NCBI RefSeq assembly: GCF_009914755.1
Contig: NC_060929.1
Length of the DNA: 64,000 nt
Reading direction: 5' to 3' (one strand)
Source of the DNA: the human T2T-CHM13v2.0 reference genome, Homo sapiens
Under the pieces are notes generated by a model. It was given only the letters and a program-made list of their open reading frames with translations. It was not told the DNA's origin and searched no databases. The translations under genes were made by a program, and so were the position numbers. Below, in pieces: positions 42,066 through 57,689 of the stretch; the first letter of the stretch is position 1, and each line of letters opens with the position of its first letter.

Positions 42066-43014
42066 GACAATGCATGATTAATTTCTAAATACACTTTGCA
42101 GACAAGAATTTCAGGGGAGCTCAGAGCTAGGAGAATTCATTTCAGGTTGAGGAGTCAGAGAGATCTTTATTGAAGTGGGATTTGAGGCAGGCCCTGAAAG
42201 ATGAATGGTATTTTGAGAAGCAAGGAGGAAAGAAGTGGGCATTTTAAGCAAACATATTATCACCAATAGAAGTGTAGTTTAGAAAAATGCACATATCCAC
42301 AAATGATACTTTTTTTCCTCAGACTTTTGTTAGCCATAACAAAAGTTATCATGTAACATTAGTTTTAAAGGAAAATATTAACCTGCAATCCTACCACTCT
42401 AGTCATAAAATGTTTATTTTTTCACTTTTAATGTTGTCTTCAAGTATTTGTCTACAGATAAATATATTAATTTATTTTATCGCTCTGATCATGTGAAGAA
42501 TCACTCTCAATGATTGTTTAATCTAGCAAAATGTAGCATGTGTCTCCTACTAGAATATACAATAATCAAAGAAAAATCACTGCAGTTGGTACATGCTAAT
42601 TATATATGTATATATTTTGTATTTATATATTATATGTACAGACTCATATAATGTTCTAATATATATCCAAATATTCAAATAAGTATCATTGTTCAGAAAC
42701 AAAATGTCTAAACAACATTGTTGGATCATAGTACAAAATGAAAACAAATTATTAAGCGTGTGTGTGAGTGGAGACCTTTTTAGTTTAATGAGAAGGAACT
42801 ATATTTGTATTATCTTTAAATCAATGCATAAGGAGAAATTAATTGGCTGTCATAAGTGTGAATCCAGTGTTTCAAAACGTCCTCTTTATGTTGGGCATAA
42901 GGGAATGCTGCTAACCAAAACTCAAGTCCTATCAATTTAGAAATAGTAATATTAATAGCTAACATTTATGGGGTGCTTAGGAAGTGTTTCAGGCATTGTT
43001 CCAAACATTTTGAA

Positions 43015-43064
43015 TATTTAACTTCATTTCTAAAGTTATTTAACTTCATTTCTAAAGTTATTTA
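43015..43064. repeat. Perfect 22-bp tandem duplication within a MIR remnant
   Basis: 'tatttaacttcatttctaaagt' occurs twice (43015-43036, 43037-43058). Confidence 0.9.
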
Positions 43065-43386
43065 GTTTGTACACAACTCAATGATGGTGGTTAGTAGATT
43101 GAAATGAGAAATTAAATAACTTACTTAGATTCATCTCTGAAATACTCCTGGTGATGAAGAAGATGGAGCACTAGAATTGTCCAGACCTGAGGTAATTCCT
43201 ACCTCTCCACCCACCAGTAATGCTGATTACGGTGGAAGGGCTCAGCCCCACAAAAACCACAGGGACACACATGGGGAAGAGATTTTAATGCAGGTAAAAT
43301 GATAAATGTCTGCTACTGGAATCCACTTATGAAAAATAAAGACCTTTCCTGCTTCCCAGGATGTTTTTGCTTTCCCCCAAACAAAA

Positions 43387-43652
43387 ATTTTCACGAGTAA
43401 AATCAAGACAAATAAAGTGCTAAAATGCTAAATTATGTTTGCAGAGACAAGGTAAAAATATATTCCTAACATTTGGACTGTGTATTTATTTATTAGAAGA
43501 GTTAAATGAGAATACTGGCATTGCTCTGTAGCTACTAATATGTAAAAGTCTGTGCATGTTTGAAAAATAGCAGCTAAAATGCAGCTCTTCGACCTTTGAA
43601 TCTGAAACGAGTTGTTGGGTTAGTCTATCTGCTTGCAGCCTAAAAGCAACCA
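43387..43652 (-). repeat. Right arm of long-range inverted duplication
   Basis: Reverse complement matches 35541-35805. Confidence 0.93.
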
Positions 43653-45004
43653 GTTCCAAAGAACAGAGTTTAAAGTTTCCAATCCAATCCTGGATATAGT
43701 ATTTGTCTAGCCCAACATTTCCTAGATTATACTCAGATTTGTAAATTATTGCCCTTTCTAAATAGTATCTGTATTTTCTTTAAACCAATATTTTTTGCTT
43801 TAAAGGGATTATTTTAAAACAATACCATATTATCATGGAAATGAATATTTTCAATATATTTTTAAATGAATTAAAATTATTCCAACTCAAAAAAGTCTAC
43901 ATGCGGCATCAAAATCAAAACTTCATTCCATCAGTTATAGTTATTTTATATATTAGAAATTATTATTTTGCTTTTTCTAAAGGACTTTACGAAGAAAGAT
44001 GCCACATCTTCCTTGATATTGGCATTCTTTCCATGTCCTTTAATGGCCACCAACCTGGCCTTACACAGTGACTCTGCTGTGTTAGTACTACTGCACTTAT
44101 TGTAAATGGTATCAGGAGCCATAGCACACATTCTGTGAAAAAGCAATACTTATTCTTTAATTCTATGCTAAGTTTGGAGACTGTCAGTTTTTAGTAGTTA
44201 AAATAGAGTTGAAGGAAGGATAAAAACCACGCTTCTTAAAGGATATGGAAATAAACCTACCCACTATTTTTTGATATTGAAGAGAAAGTTCCACTGAGTT
44301 GAATAAAATAAGTTTTAAATCTTTGAAAAAAAAAGGAGCAGGAATCGGCAGAGTTCATCTTAATTTCTTTCACATCTTAGCCCAGGTATACAGACTTCTT
44401 TTCTCACAGTTCAAAATCCCCAAGATATGGAAAGTCATGGCTTGGTTGTCTCGGAAGATACTCTTGTTTTCTAAGTACTAGGCTGGAGAAGGAGTGCATT
44501 TCTACAAGTATGAATGGAAGGGGTGGAAAGATGCTTTAGAATTATAGTCAACTATTTAGAAGCAATGTGTTGAAATTAGAGCCATCCAAAACAAAACAAG
44601 ATGTTCATTGTCCTCATGGGGCCATAACTGATTCCTTCTATTCAAGAGGAGACTGCCTGTGGCTGCCTCTTTCTGCCTGAGTCTCCTTCTGTCCCAGAGT
44701 CCTGGAAGACATTCTGGTTGGATACCTGAAAACACATCTTAGTGCCAGAAGGAAAATTGATTAAAAAGCTTCAAAGGGGAGAGGGGAACCCTACCAGGCT
44801 CCAAGCAGACTTCATTAGCACATAACTCTGCTCCTTTCTAAAATGTATACATCAGATTATCTTATTTTGTATATTTATGTATTCATACATTTACTTTTTA
44901 TTTCATATTTGTTTGTTTGTTTGTTTTTAAATACATCTGCTTCTAACTCTGGCAGGACATGAATCCAGAAGCCATGTAACTTTATCTTGACCACCATAAA
45001 TGAT

Positions 45005-45078
45005 AATAATATTACTATCTTATAAGTGATTAGAATAATATTACTATCTTACAAGTGATTACTATCTTATTAGTGATT
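45005..45078. repeat. Small 29-bp minisatellite (~2.6 copies)
   Basis: 'aataatattactatctta(t/c)aagtgatt' twice, plus partial 'actatcttattagtgatt'. Confidence 0.85.
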
Positions 45079-45364
45079 CAATTTAATCAATGCATTTAAC
45101 ATAGTTTGAATATTGTGAGGCATGTAGACCTTAATAAATGTTTGTCATTGTTTTTGACTAGACCAGAGACAACTGCTGAGTTGTCTAAAATCAGACTCTT
45201 CCTAGATTTCTTGACCATATCGAGGTCTTTATACAATAGTTTTCTATACAGAGAGCTGTTTGAAAGTTTTTCTTGCCTTAATTCCACTATGTTTCAATGG
45301 AGTCCAAGGGAAACAAAACAATGTATTGAACAGAAAATCAGCTGTTTAGCCCACTATCTAGTTA

Positions 45365-45796
<432 letters not shown>

Positions 45797-46669
45797 TAAA
45801 ATTCAAGCCATTTCAATAGAAAAACCAAATGTGCATGGTTGATATTCTCTGTTTCCCAAATTTATATTTGATAACTTGTTTAATTTTCAAAACAGCCTTA
45901 AGCAATAGGTATTTTAATCCCTACTCTATAAATGAGTAAACTGATTTTCAGAGAAGTTAAATAATATTGCAAAGATTAAAAATGAATAGATTATGAAGCT
46001 TGAGTTTAAACAAGAATTACAATCCTATGTTTTATCTATTAAAATATACTGATTTTAATATTCTGCTAGATTAGATTTTTTATTTTTTGAGAGGGAAAAA
46101 GTTTATACCCTGTATTTATAGTACTGTAAGAATTTTTGTTATTGTTTATCATCTTCTTAGAACCATTTTCAGTTTTTATTTTTCATATTTAACTCCATAA
46201 AATTATGCTTAAATTACCCACTAGATTTTTTTCTCCCTCATATAGATCTGAATTGATATTAAGAAAAGTAAAACATTCTTTTTATGTTCAAATATTTTGG
46301 TATCTTTGAATATTCCCCTTGAGGGGTTCTCTTTCTCTATACCTCATAAATCATCTAATCACTATCCGATTTTGTCATGCTAAGTAGTTATAGATACACC
46401 ACTAAGTGACTGTGATTTATAGTTCTGCTAGGTAATCTCTGATGGCAAATTTGCTTTAATGTCTTCTTTCATAGGACTAAGCACCTTTTATTAGTGATGT
46501 CTAAAAGTTTTAAAAAATTGAATAATACATTTTTAAAAATCATAGCATCTAATCAGAACTTTTTTGGTGTATTCCATTAGACTGCGTGTGTGTGTGTGTT
46601 ATTTCTGACCTCTGACAAATATGCTAAATAAGTTTCCATTCATTGACTTTAAAAATATATTACAAAAAC

Positions 46670-46977
46670 TGAGCCCAATGGCTCACACCTGTAATCCCAG
46701 CCCTTTGGGAGGCTGAGGCAAGAGGAATACTTGAGCCCAGGAGTTTAAGACCAGCCTAGGCAACAAAACAAGACCCTGTCTCTACAAATTAATAATAATA
46801 ATAATAAAAGTTCCCAATCATGGTGGTGCTCACCTATAGTCCTAGCTACTTGCCAGGCTGAGGGAGAAGGATTGCTTGAGCCCAGGAGTTAAAGGTTGTA
46901 ATGAGCTATGATCATGCCACTGCACTTCAGGCCTGGGTAACAGAGCAAGACTCTTTCTTAAAAAAAAAAAAAAAAAA
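46670..46977 (+). mobile_element. AluJ
   Basis: 'cttgagcccaggagtttaagaccagcctaggcaac' and 'ggattgcttgagcccaggag'; poly(A) tail. Confidence 0.9.
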
Positions 46978-47589
46978 GTGAAAGTATATAATACAATAAT
47001 TCCTAGGTAAGCCAGAAAAACAAAGGATTTCTACACTGTCTTTTCAACTCTGATTGAGTTTTGTTAAGTTTTCTAAAAATTTGTTTTAGTGAGGTGTTCA
47101 TATTGTTCTTTTACATTTTAATTAAAATAATTGACTATTATAAAGATATATCAAAATGTTTTAGAGGAAACAAGAAGTACACCATCCTGGCAAACTAATT
47201 ATTTTAATGAGCTATTTAAGAGTATTATTTTCTCATGTTTAATGCTTTTCAATATGGTGATGTGTATAATAACTTGGACTGCTGGAATCCATGCCTTAGA
47301 ACAAAATTTGACTTTGTAGTATAAAGTATAAGAGCAATGTATCCCCTAAAAGATATCACAAAGTCTTGAAAAAAATTATTGACAGTCTATGTGATTACGT
47401 ACTTTTTGCAAACTTTATTCTCGTATTTCAGGGATACTGTTTGATGAAGTGTCATCTTTGGGGAAATGTCTTGATTTCACGTAAAAACAGCTTCTACACA
47501 CCACATTCCATCTGTCTCATATTTAGCCTCTCTTATATTTGAGTCTATATTGTGCTTTAGCCCTGTCTCTTTACACTAATACCTACCAG

Positions 47590-47830
47590 TCAACGAGAGC
47601 TTCCCTAGAAACAATACCAAGATAGGGATTTGAGGGCCCATGGTTTATTGAGTGTGCTCTTCACAAAATGCTGTAAAGAAGGCGTAAAGGAAGAAGGAAA
47701 ATAGGCTCTGAGCGAGAATGGGGTTTCAGAAAAATTCTAGCATTGATCTGGTCTACAGGGGGGAGGTTCTAGACCTTAGTCCAGAGTTGTTCCCCTTACT
47801 CTTTCCGGACATCTGTCAGTCCCACTTCTA
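47590..47830. mobile_element. LTR16-like ERVL LTR fragment
   Basis: 'ttccctagaaacaataccaagatagggatttgagggcccatggtttattg' resembles the LTR16 terminus; highly diverged. Confidence 0.4.
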
Positions 47831-48529
47831 TTATAGTATGGTGTGAATAATCCCAATCTCTGTTACGTGTGTTTATGATTACATTTGTAAATATATTGTT
47901 AAAATTGAATGTATTTTTGTGTACATGTTTTCTTGAGATTTTGTTTTAATGTCTTTCTTAACATGCCTTAAGGACATTGTCAGTATATATATAATATTAT
48001 ATATTATATAATATAAGAAGAATGAAGTAGACCTACATATATTTTAGGTCTATTTATAATATATTATATATATAAATCAAATATATAACATATATAGAAT
48101 TTTATATATTATATGTTATTTTCATATGTTATTTTTGTATGAATTTTAATGCTACTGATAGGCATATACCTCACTTAGGTAACCCAACACACTTGGAGAA
48201 GTTATAGCCATAATATAACATAACTATGCCTTGGAATATACAACCATTAAGAAGAATGAAATAAACGATTGATGAACAAAAATTATTTACAAATTTTTTT
48301 GTAAAAAATTTACAAATTTACAAATGTAAGTACAAAATCTGAAACAATGAATAGTATTTTATCTTTATTTTGTGAATCTTTCTATAGAGATGTAATAAAG
48401 TGGTAATAGAAAGATGAGAATAGACTGCATGGATCAAAAGGTAATCAAATTTTGTTTTATTTTTATTGCTTATTTTTTCAAAATTACCATTTTGAAATTT
48501 ATTAATTATTTTCTAATAAGGTAGAAATA

Positions 48530-49255
48530 ATGCCAAAAATGTTAACTGATCAAACTACAATAAAAATCTAACATAATAATAAAATAAAAACAAACAGAAA
48601 ACCCTCCATAGAAAACTTTTGAAATATTTATTAAACATGTCTAGCAATAAAGGGGGATATAAAGGGAAATTAAGAAAGTTCTAAAAATAATGACAATGGA
48701 AAGCTACAAATCAGGATGTGTCAGGTACAATTAAAGCAGAGCACAATAAAAAATAGCATCAAACCATGATATGAAAAAATAAACGAATAAAGAAGAATAA
48801 AGGTACAAATTTTAAGTTAGAAAATCAAGAAAAAAACCAAAGGAATTGGAAGTTAGAAATTAATAAAAACATAGGCATATATTAATTAGAAATAAGAAAA
48901 ACGAACCAATAATTCAATAGAAATCATTTAAAATCATCAAATAGACAAACTAGGAAAATGTATCAAGAAAAAAGGGAAAAAGCGCAAATATATAAAATAT
49001 GAAATAAGGAAAATAACCATCGGAACAAAGAATTTTAAAAATTTATTAAAACTATTTGCATAATCCATACATATAAATTTAAAAACATGATGTAATCGAT
49101 AATTTCCTAGGAAAAATATAATTTTTCAAAATCAACTACTAAAAGAAACCAAATGTAGTTAGAAAATTTTCATACAAGAAATACAGAATTATCAAATTAT
49201 CAATAAACACCAGGAACAAGAAGTTAAACATGGGGAATTCTATCAAAACTTCATT
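48530..49255 (+). mobile_element. Old L1M ORF2 fragment
   Basis: 'aataatgacaatggaaagctacaaatcag', 'aatttcctaggaaaaatataa', 'ggggaattctatcaaaac'. Confidence 0.65.
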
Positions 49256-49677
49256 TTTATCAAAATTATCACTGAAATGATAATATTGTGTTAATTTGCA
49301 TTTAAAACTGTAAATTAAGTTTATTGCCTTTTCACTTATTTATGGTTCATGTCATTTGACAATTTTATTTGTATAGATATTGTTTGTCTGCCGCAGATGC
49401 TGCAGATATTTCATTCCTGTCTGTTACGTGCTTTTTATTTATTTATTTTTTTATTATTATTATTTTTTATTTATTATACTTTAAGTTTTAGGGTACATGT
49501 GCACATTGTGCAGGTTAGTTACATATGTATACATGTGCCATGCTGGTGTGCTGCACCCACTAACTCGTCATCTAGCATTAGGTATATCTCCCGATGCTAT
49601 CCCTCCCCCCTCCCCCCACCCCACAACAGTCCCCAGAGTGTGATATTCCCCTTCCTGTGTCCATGTGATCTCACTGA

Positions 49678-53498
<3,821 letters not shown>

Positions 53499-53561
53499 TA
53501 TGATGTTAGCTGGTTATTTTGCTCGTTAGTTGATGCAGTTTCTTCCTAGTCTCAATGGTCT

Positions 53562-54576
53562 TTACATTTTGGCATGATTTTGCAGCGGCTGGTACCGGTT
53601 GTTCCTTTCCATGTTTAGTGCTTCCTTCAGGAGCTCTTGTAAGGCAGGCCTGGTGGTGACAAAATCTCTCAGCATTTGCTTGTCTGTAAAGTATTTTATT
53701 TCTCCTTCACTTATGAAGCTTAGTTTGGCTGGATACGAAATTCTGGGTTGAAAATTCTTTTCTTTAAGAATGTTGAATATTGGCCCCCACTCTCTTCTGG
53801 CTTGTAGGGTTTCTGCCAAGAGATCCGCTGTTAGTCTGATGGTCTTCCCTTTGAGGGTAACCCGACCTTTCTCTCTGGCTGCCCTTAACATTTTTTCCTT
53901 CATTTCAACTTTGGTGAATCTGACAATTATGTGTCTTGGAGTTGCTCTTCTCGAGGAGTATCTTTGTGGCGTTCTCTGTATTTCCTGAATCTGAACGTTG
54001 GCCTGCCTTGCTAGATTGGGGAAGTTCTCCTGGATAATATCCTGCAGAGTGTTTTCCAACTTGGTTCCATTCTCCCCATCACTTTCAGGTACACCACTCA
54101 GACGTAGATTTGGTCTTTTCACATAGTCCCGTATTTCTTGGAGGCTTTGCTCATTTCTTTTTATTCTTTTTTCTCTAAACTTCCCTTCTCGCTTCATTTC
54201 ATTCATTTCATCTTCCATTGCTGATACCCTTTCTTCCAGTTGATTGCATCAGCTCCTGAGGCTTCTGCATTCTTCACGTAGTTCTCGAGCCTTGGTTTTC
54301 AGCTCATCAGCTCCTTTAAGCACTTCTCTGTATTGGTTATTCTAGTTATACATTCTTCTAAATTTTTTTTAAAGTTTTCAACTTTTTGCCTTTGGTTTGA
54401 ATGTCCTCCCATAGCTCAGAGTAATTTGATCGTCTGAAGCCTTCTTCTCTCAGCTCGTCAAAGTCATTCTCCATCCAGCTTTGTTCCCTTGCTGGTGAGG
54501 AGCTGCGTTCCTTTGGAGGAGGAGAGGCGCTCTGCTTTTTAGAGTTTCCAGTTTTTCTGTTCTGTTTTTTCCCCAT
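53562..54576 (-). pseudogene. L1 ORF1p, frameshifted
   Basis: MGKKQNRKTGNSK... (54576) goes out of frame near 54385; the C-terminal 218 aa (REKG, YPAKLS motifs) are intact at 53562-54218. Confidence 0.95.
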
Positions 54577-54579
54577 CTT

Positions 54580-55483
54580 TGTGGTTTTATCTACTTTTGG
54601 TCTTTGATGATGGTGATGTACAGATGGGTTTTTGGTGTGGATGTCCTTTCTGTTTGTTAGTTTTCCTTCTAACAGAGAGGACCCTCAGCTGCAGGTCTGT
54701 TGGAGTACCCTGCCCTGTGAGGTGTCAGTGTGCCCCTGCTGGGGGGTGCCTCCCAGTTAGGCTGCTTCGGGGTCAGGGGTCAGGGACCCACTTGAGGAGG
54801 CAGTCTGCCCGTTCTCAGATCTCCAGCTGCGTGCTGGGAGAACCACTGCTCTCTTCAAAGCTGTCTGACAGGGACATTTAAGTCTGCAGAGGTTACTGCT
54901 GTCTTTTTGTTTGTCTGTGCCCTGCCCCCAGAGGTGGAGCCTACAGAGGCAGGCAGGCCTCCTTGAGCTGTGTTGGGCTCCACCCAGTTCGAGCTTCCTG
55001 GCTGCTTTGTTTACCTAATCAATCCTGGGCAATGGCGGGCGCCCCTCCCCCAGCCTCGCTGCCGCCTTGCAGTTTGATCTCAGACTGCTGTGCTAGCAAT
55101 CAGCGAGACTCCGTGGGCGTAGGACCCTCCGAGCCAGGTGCGGGACGTAATCTCGTGGTGCGCCGTGTTTTAAGCCCGTCGGAAAAGCGCAGTATTCAGG
55201 TGGGAGTGACCCGATTTTCCAGGTGCCTTCCGTCACCCCTTTCTTTGACTCAGAAAGGGAACTCCCTGACCCCTTGTGCTTCCCAAGTGAGGCAATGCCT
55301 CGCCCTGCTTCGGCTGGTGCATGGTGCGCGCACCCACTGACCTGCGCCCACTGTCTGGCACTCCCTAGTGAGATGAACTCGGTACCTCAGAGGGAAATGC
55401 AGAAATCACCGGTCTTCTGCGTCGCTCACGCTGGGAGCTGTAGAAGGGAGCTGTTCCTATGCGGCCATCTTGGCTCCTCCTCC
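54580..55483 (-). promoter_or_regulatory. L1 5'UTR: sense and antisense promoter, CpG-rich, YY1 site
   Basis: YY1 site CAAGATGGCCG intact (complement 'cggccatcttg', 55462-55472); the only CpG-dense segment in the window. Confidence 0.85.
55032..55340 (+). CDS. L1 ORF0 (antisense 5'UTR ORF), open, 102 aa
   Basis: MAGAPPPASLPPCSLISDCCASNQRDSVGVGPSEPG... from ATG 55032 in good Kozak context (gcaATGG); CAG|GT donors at 55137/8 and 55222/3. Confidence 0.7.
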   Translation: MAGAPPPASLPPCSLISDCCASNQRDSVGVGPSEPGAGRNLVVRRVLSPSEKRSIQVGVTRFSRCLPSPLSLTQKGNSLTPCASQVRQCLALLRLVHGARTH

Positions 55484-57164
55484 TGTTATGTGCTTTTTAA
55501 CATTGTTTATGGCTATTTTTAAACAGAAGTGTTCAATAGTAATCAACCCTGCAGTCTTTTTCTTTCTGGTTTTAGGTTTTTGTTCTTGCCTAGGAAGACC
55601 TTCTTCACCACAAATGGTAAAATAAATTCCCTATATTTTCTTGCCATTCAAGAGTATTTTAAATAATTGGTTCTGAAATTCATGTAAGATACAGTATTAT
55701 GCATTTTGTGATATAAGGATCTAATCTTGTTCCTTTCCTTGTATATAATCAATTGCCCCAATAGTATAATTAATATTTTAATACTAATTTGATATCATAT
55801 CTTTAGCATGATTATATATGGCATCTGCATATCTTCTCTGATCTGTCTGTGGATTCTATTTTGTTTACTTATTTTTCATCTTCTCTACTCACTGATTAAT
55901 ATTGTATTTCACACCTTTGTAGTATTCTTCAGTAATTTTTCTTACTCCTATGAAATAAATACATGCATAAAAGATAAAAATGAGATAGTAGAAATTGCAG
56001 TAGAATTATAAGGAAATGGAATTGTTCATGGCGCTATTATAATACACTCAACTGCCAGTTTCAGAAATAGATACCACTTTTTATTTTATTTTATTGTTTC
56101 TTAGGGTATATTTTTAAATGAGACAAAGAAACCTCAATGTATTGATATATCAACTTTAAGCAGTATTTTTATTTTTAGTTTTATTTCCTGACTATTTACT
56201 TTGCTTGGATTCTCCATACCTCCTCCTCCTCATCTCAATATATTCACCTTGCCATTTTTAGTTTCTTTTTTGGTTACTTGGCACTTCAAAGAATAGTTAT
56301 TTCTGTATTTTTGTTCCATTCACTATAGACATTATTTCAAATCCTGACTGAAAGATGAGGATATTAGAAATTCTAAAACTCATCCTCTTTTATCCTCCAC
56401 CTTCTTTCAGTTCTTAACTGACTTTTTACTTTCACTGTATAGGCTGATTCTAAGTCAAATACTAATAAGCATTATTTTGACTACATAGATACTGCTTGCT
56501 ACAGAGCAAAAATAGAGTAGGTAATAGTGTTATACCCTTCTTTCTTGTGTTGATTTTCAAAGTGTTTTGGCTATTTTTTTTCTTTCACAATATCTTTTTT
56601 AAAAAATCAAAACCCATTAATTCTTCTAATATTTTCAGACTGATATCAGATCTGTGAAATCTCTCTTTTCCTTGATAACACTTCTGTGAATCTTCTACCT
56701 CCTGTTCCCATCTGGACCCAGTGAGTTCTAGACCTGCTCTTTATACCAGGATTTGTCCTTATTCCATTTGAGCAGATTCTCTTTTTCCTAAGTCTCATGT
56801 ATTTCACTTTCTTGTTTATTCTTTTATTACTACCTCAATTCATCTGGTAGGAAATTCCTTGTAGGTCTTATATATTCATATTTTGTTTTCATAATTTATT
56901 TTACACTAAATTGTATATTCCTTTGGTGCTTTTAAAAAATGTAATGCCATTGTGATTCTAAGCCTTTGTAAGTAAGCAGCTTCCTTTTCCCCTTTTTCTC
57001 TTTCCATCTTTTGGAAAGCTTCATCTGTTGGTTTGTTGGTTTCCAGGCTTTTGAAATTTCATGGTAACACATCTTAGTGTGAGTCTATTTTGTTTAATTT
57101 GCTTAATATTTAATGATATTTTTCATTTTATAAATTTATATGTTTCCTTTAATAACAATTATAC

Positions 57165-57385
57165 AAGTAATATTTGCATAGCCAGCAGCTATTCAAAGTG
57201 CTTTGTATATCTAAACTTATGTAATTCTCAGAGCAACCTAAGGAAAGTATTTCAATTATCTCTGTTTTAAAGATAAGAAAACTTAGGAACACAGAGATTG
57301 AGTAATTTGCTGGAGGTTGTACAATTACTTATTGGTAGATGGAACTTAACCCAGGAAATCTGTTTTTAGATTCTCTGCACGTAAG
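57165..57385 (-). mobile_element. MIR
   Basis: 'taattctcagagcaaccta...gttttaaagataagaaaactt...cacagagattgagtaatttgc'. Confidence 0.75.
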
Positions 57386-57689
57386 CAGTAAACATGGCCT
57401 TTGTCCAAATAAAATATCTTATATTCTTTATTTGATAATTACTTCTTTATTCCATCAGCTTTCTCTTCCTGGAACTCCTGTTATTCAGATTTGGGACCTC
57501 TTGGGAATAAATTGTAATTCTGTAATATTTTTCTCCTATTCGCTATCACTTTTAGCTCTATGCTTAGAAAAACTTCTTTATGATCCATGTATTGAAATAT
57601 TTTATTGCCAAAATGTTTCTTTTCTTCTTTTAATGAAATCAGATTACATCTAGTCAAATGCATAGACCTTGACTGCACAGTTTACTGAG

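Noticed and set aside
41687-42088. 133-aa ORF
   Set aside because: It lies entirely within nested MIR relics and has a non-ATG start.
35541-43652. Inverted arms as TIRs of a single 8-kb DNA transposon
   Set aside because: There is no transposase relic or TSD, and the interior contains MIR/L2 older than the arm divergence suggests.
35362-44409. Candidate + strand exons (35362-35444, ~43130-43191, acceptor at 44409)
   Set aside because: Consensus-like splice sites are common in AT-rich introns and no consistent reading frame links them; mentioned only as context for the inverted repeat.
45005-45078. 29-bp repeats as a CRISPR-like array
   Set aside because: The repeats are contiguous with no unique spacers, in primate DNA; this is a simple minisatellite.
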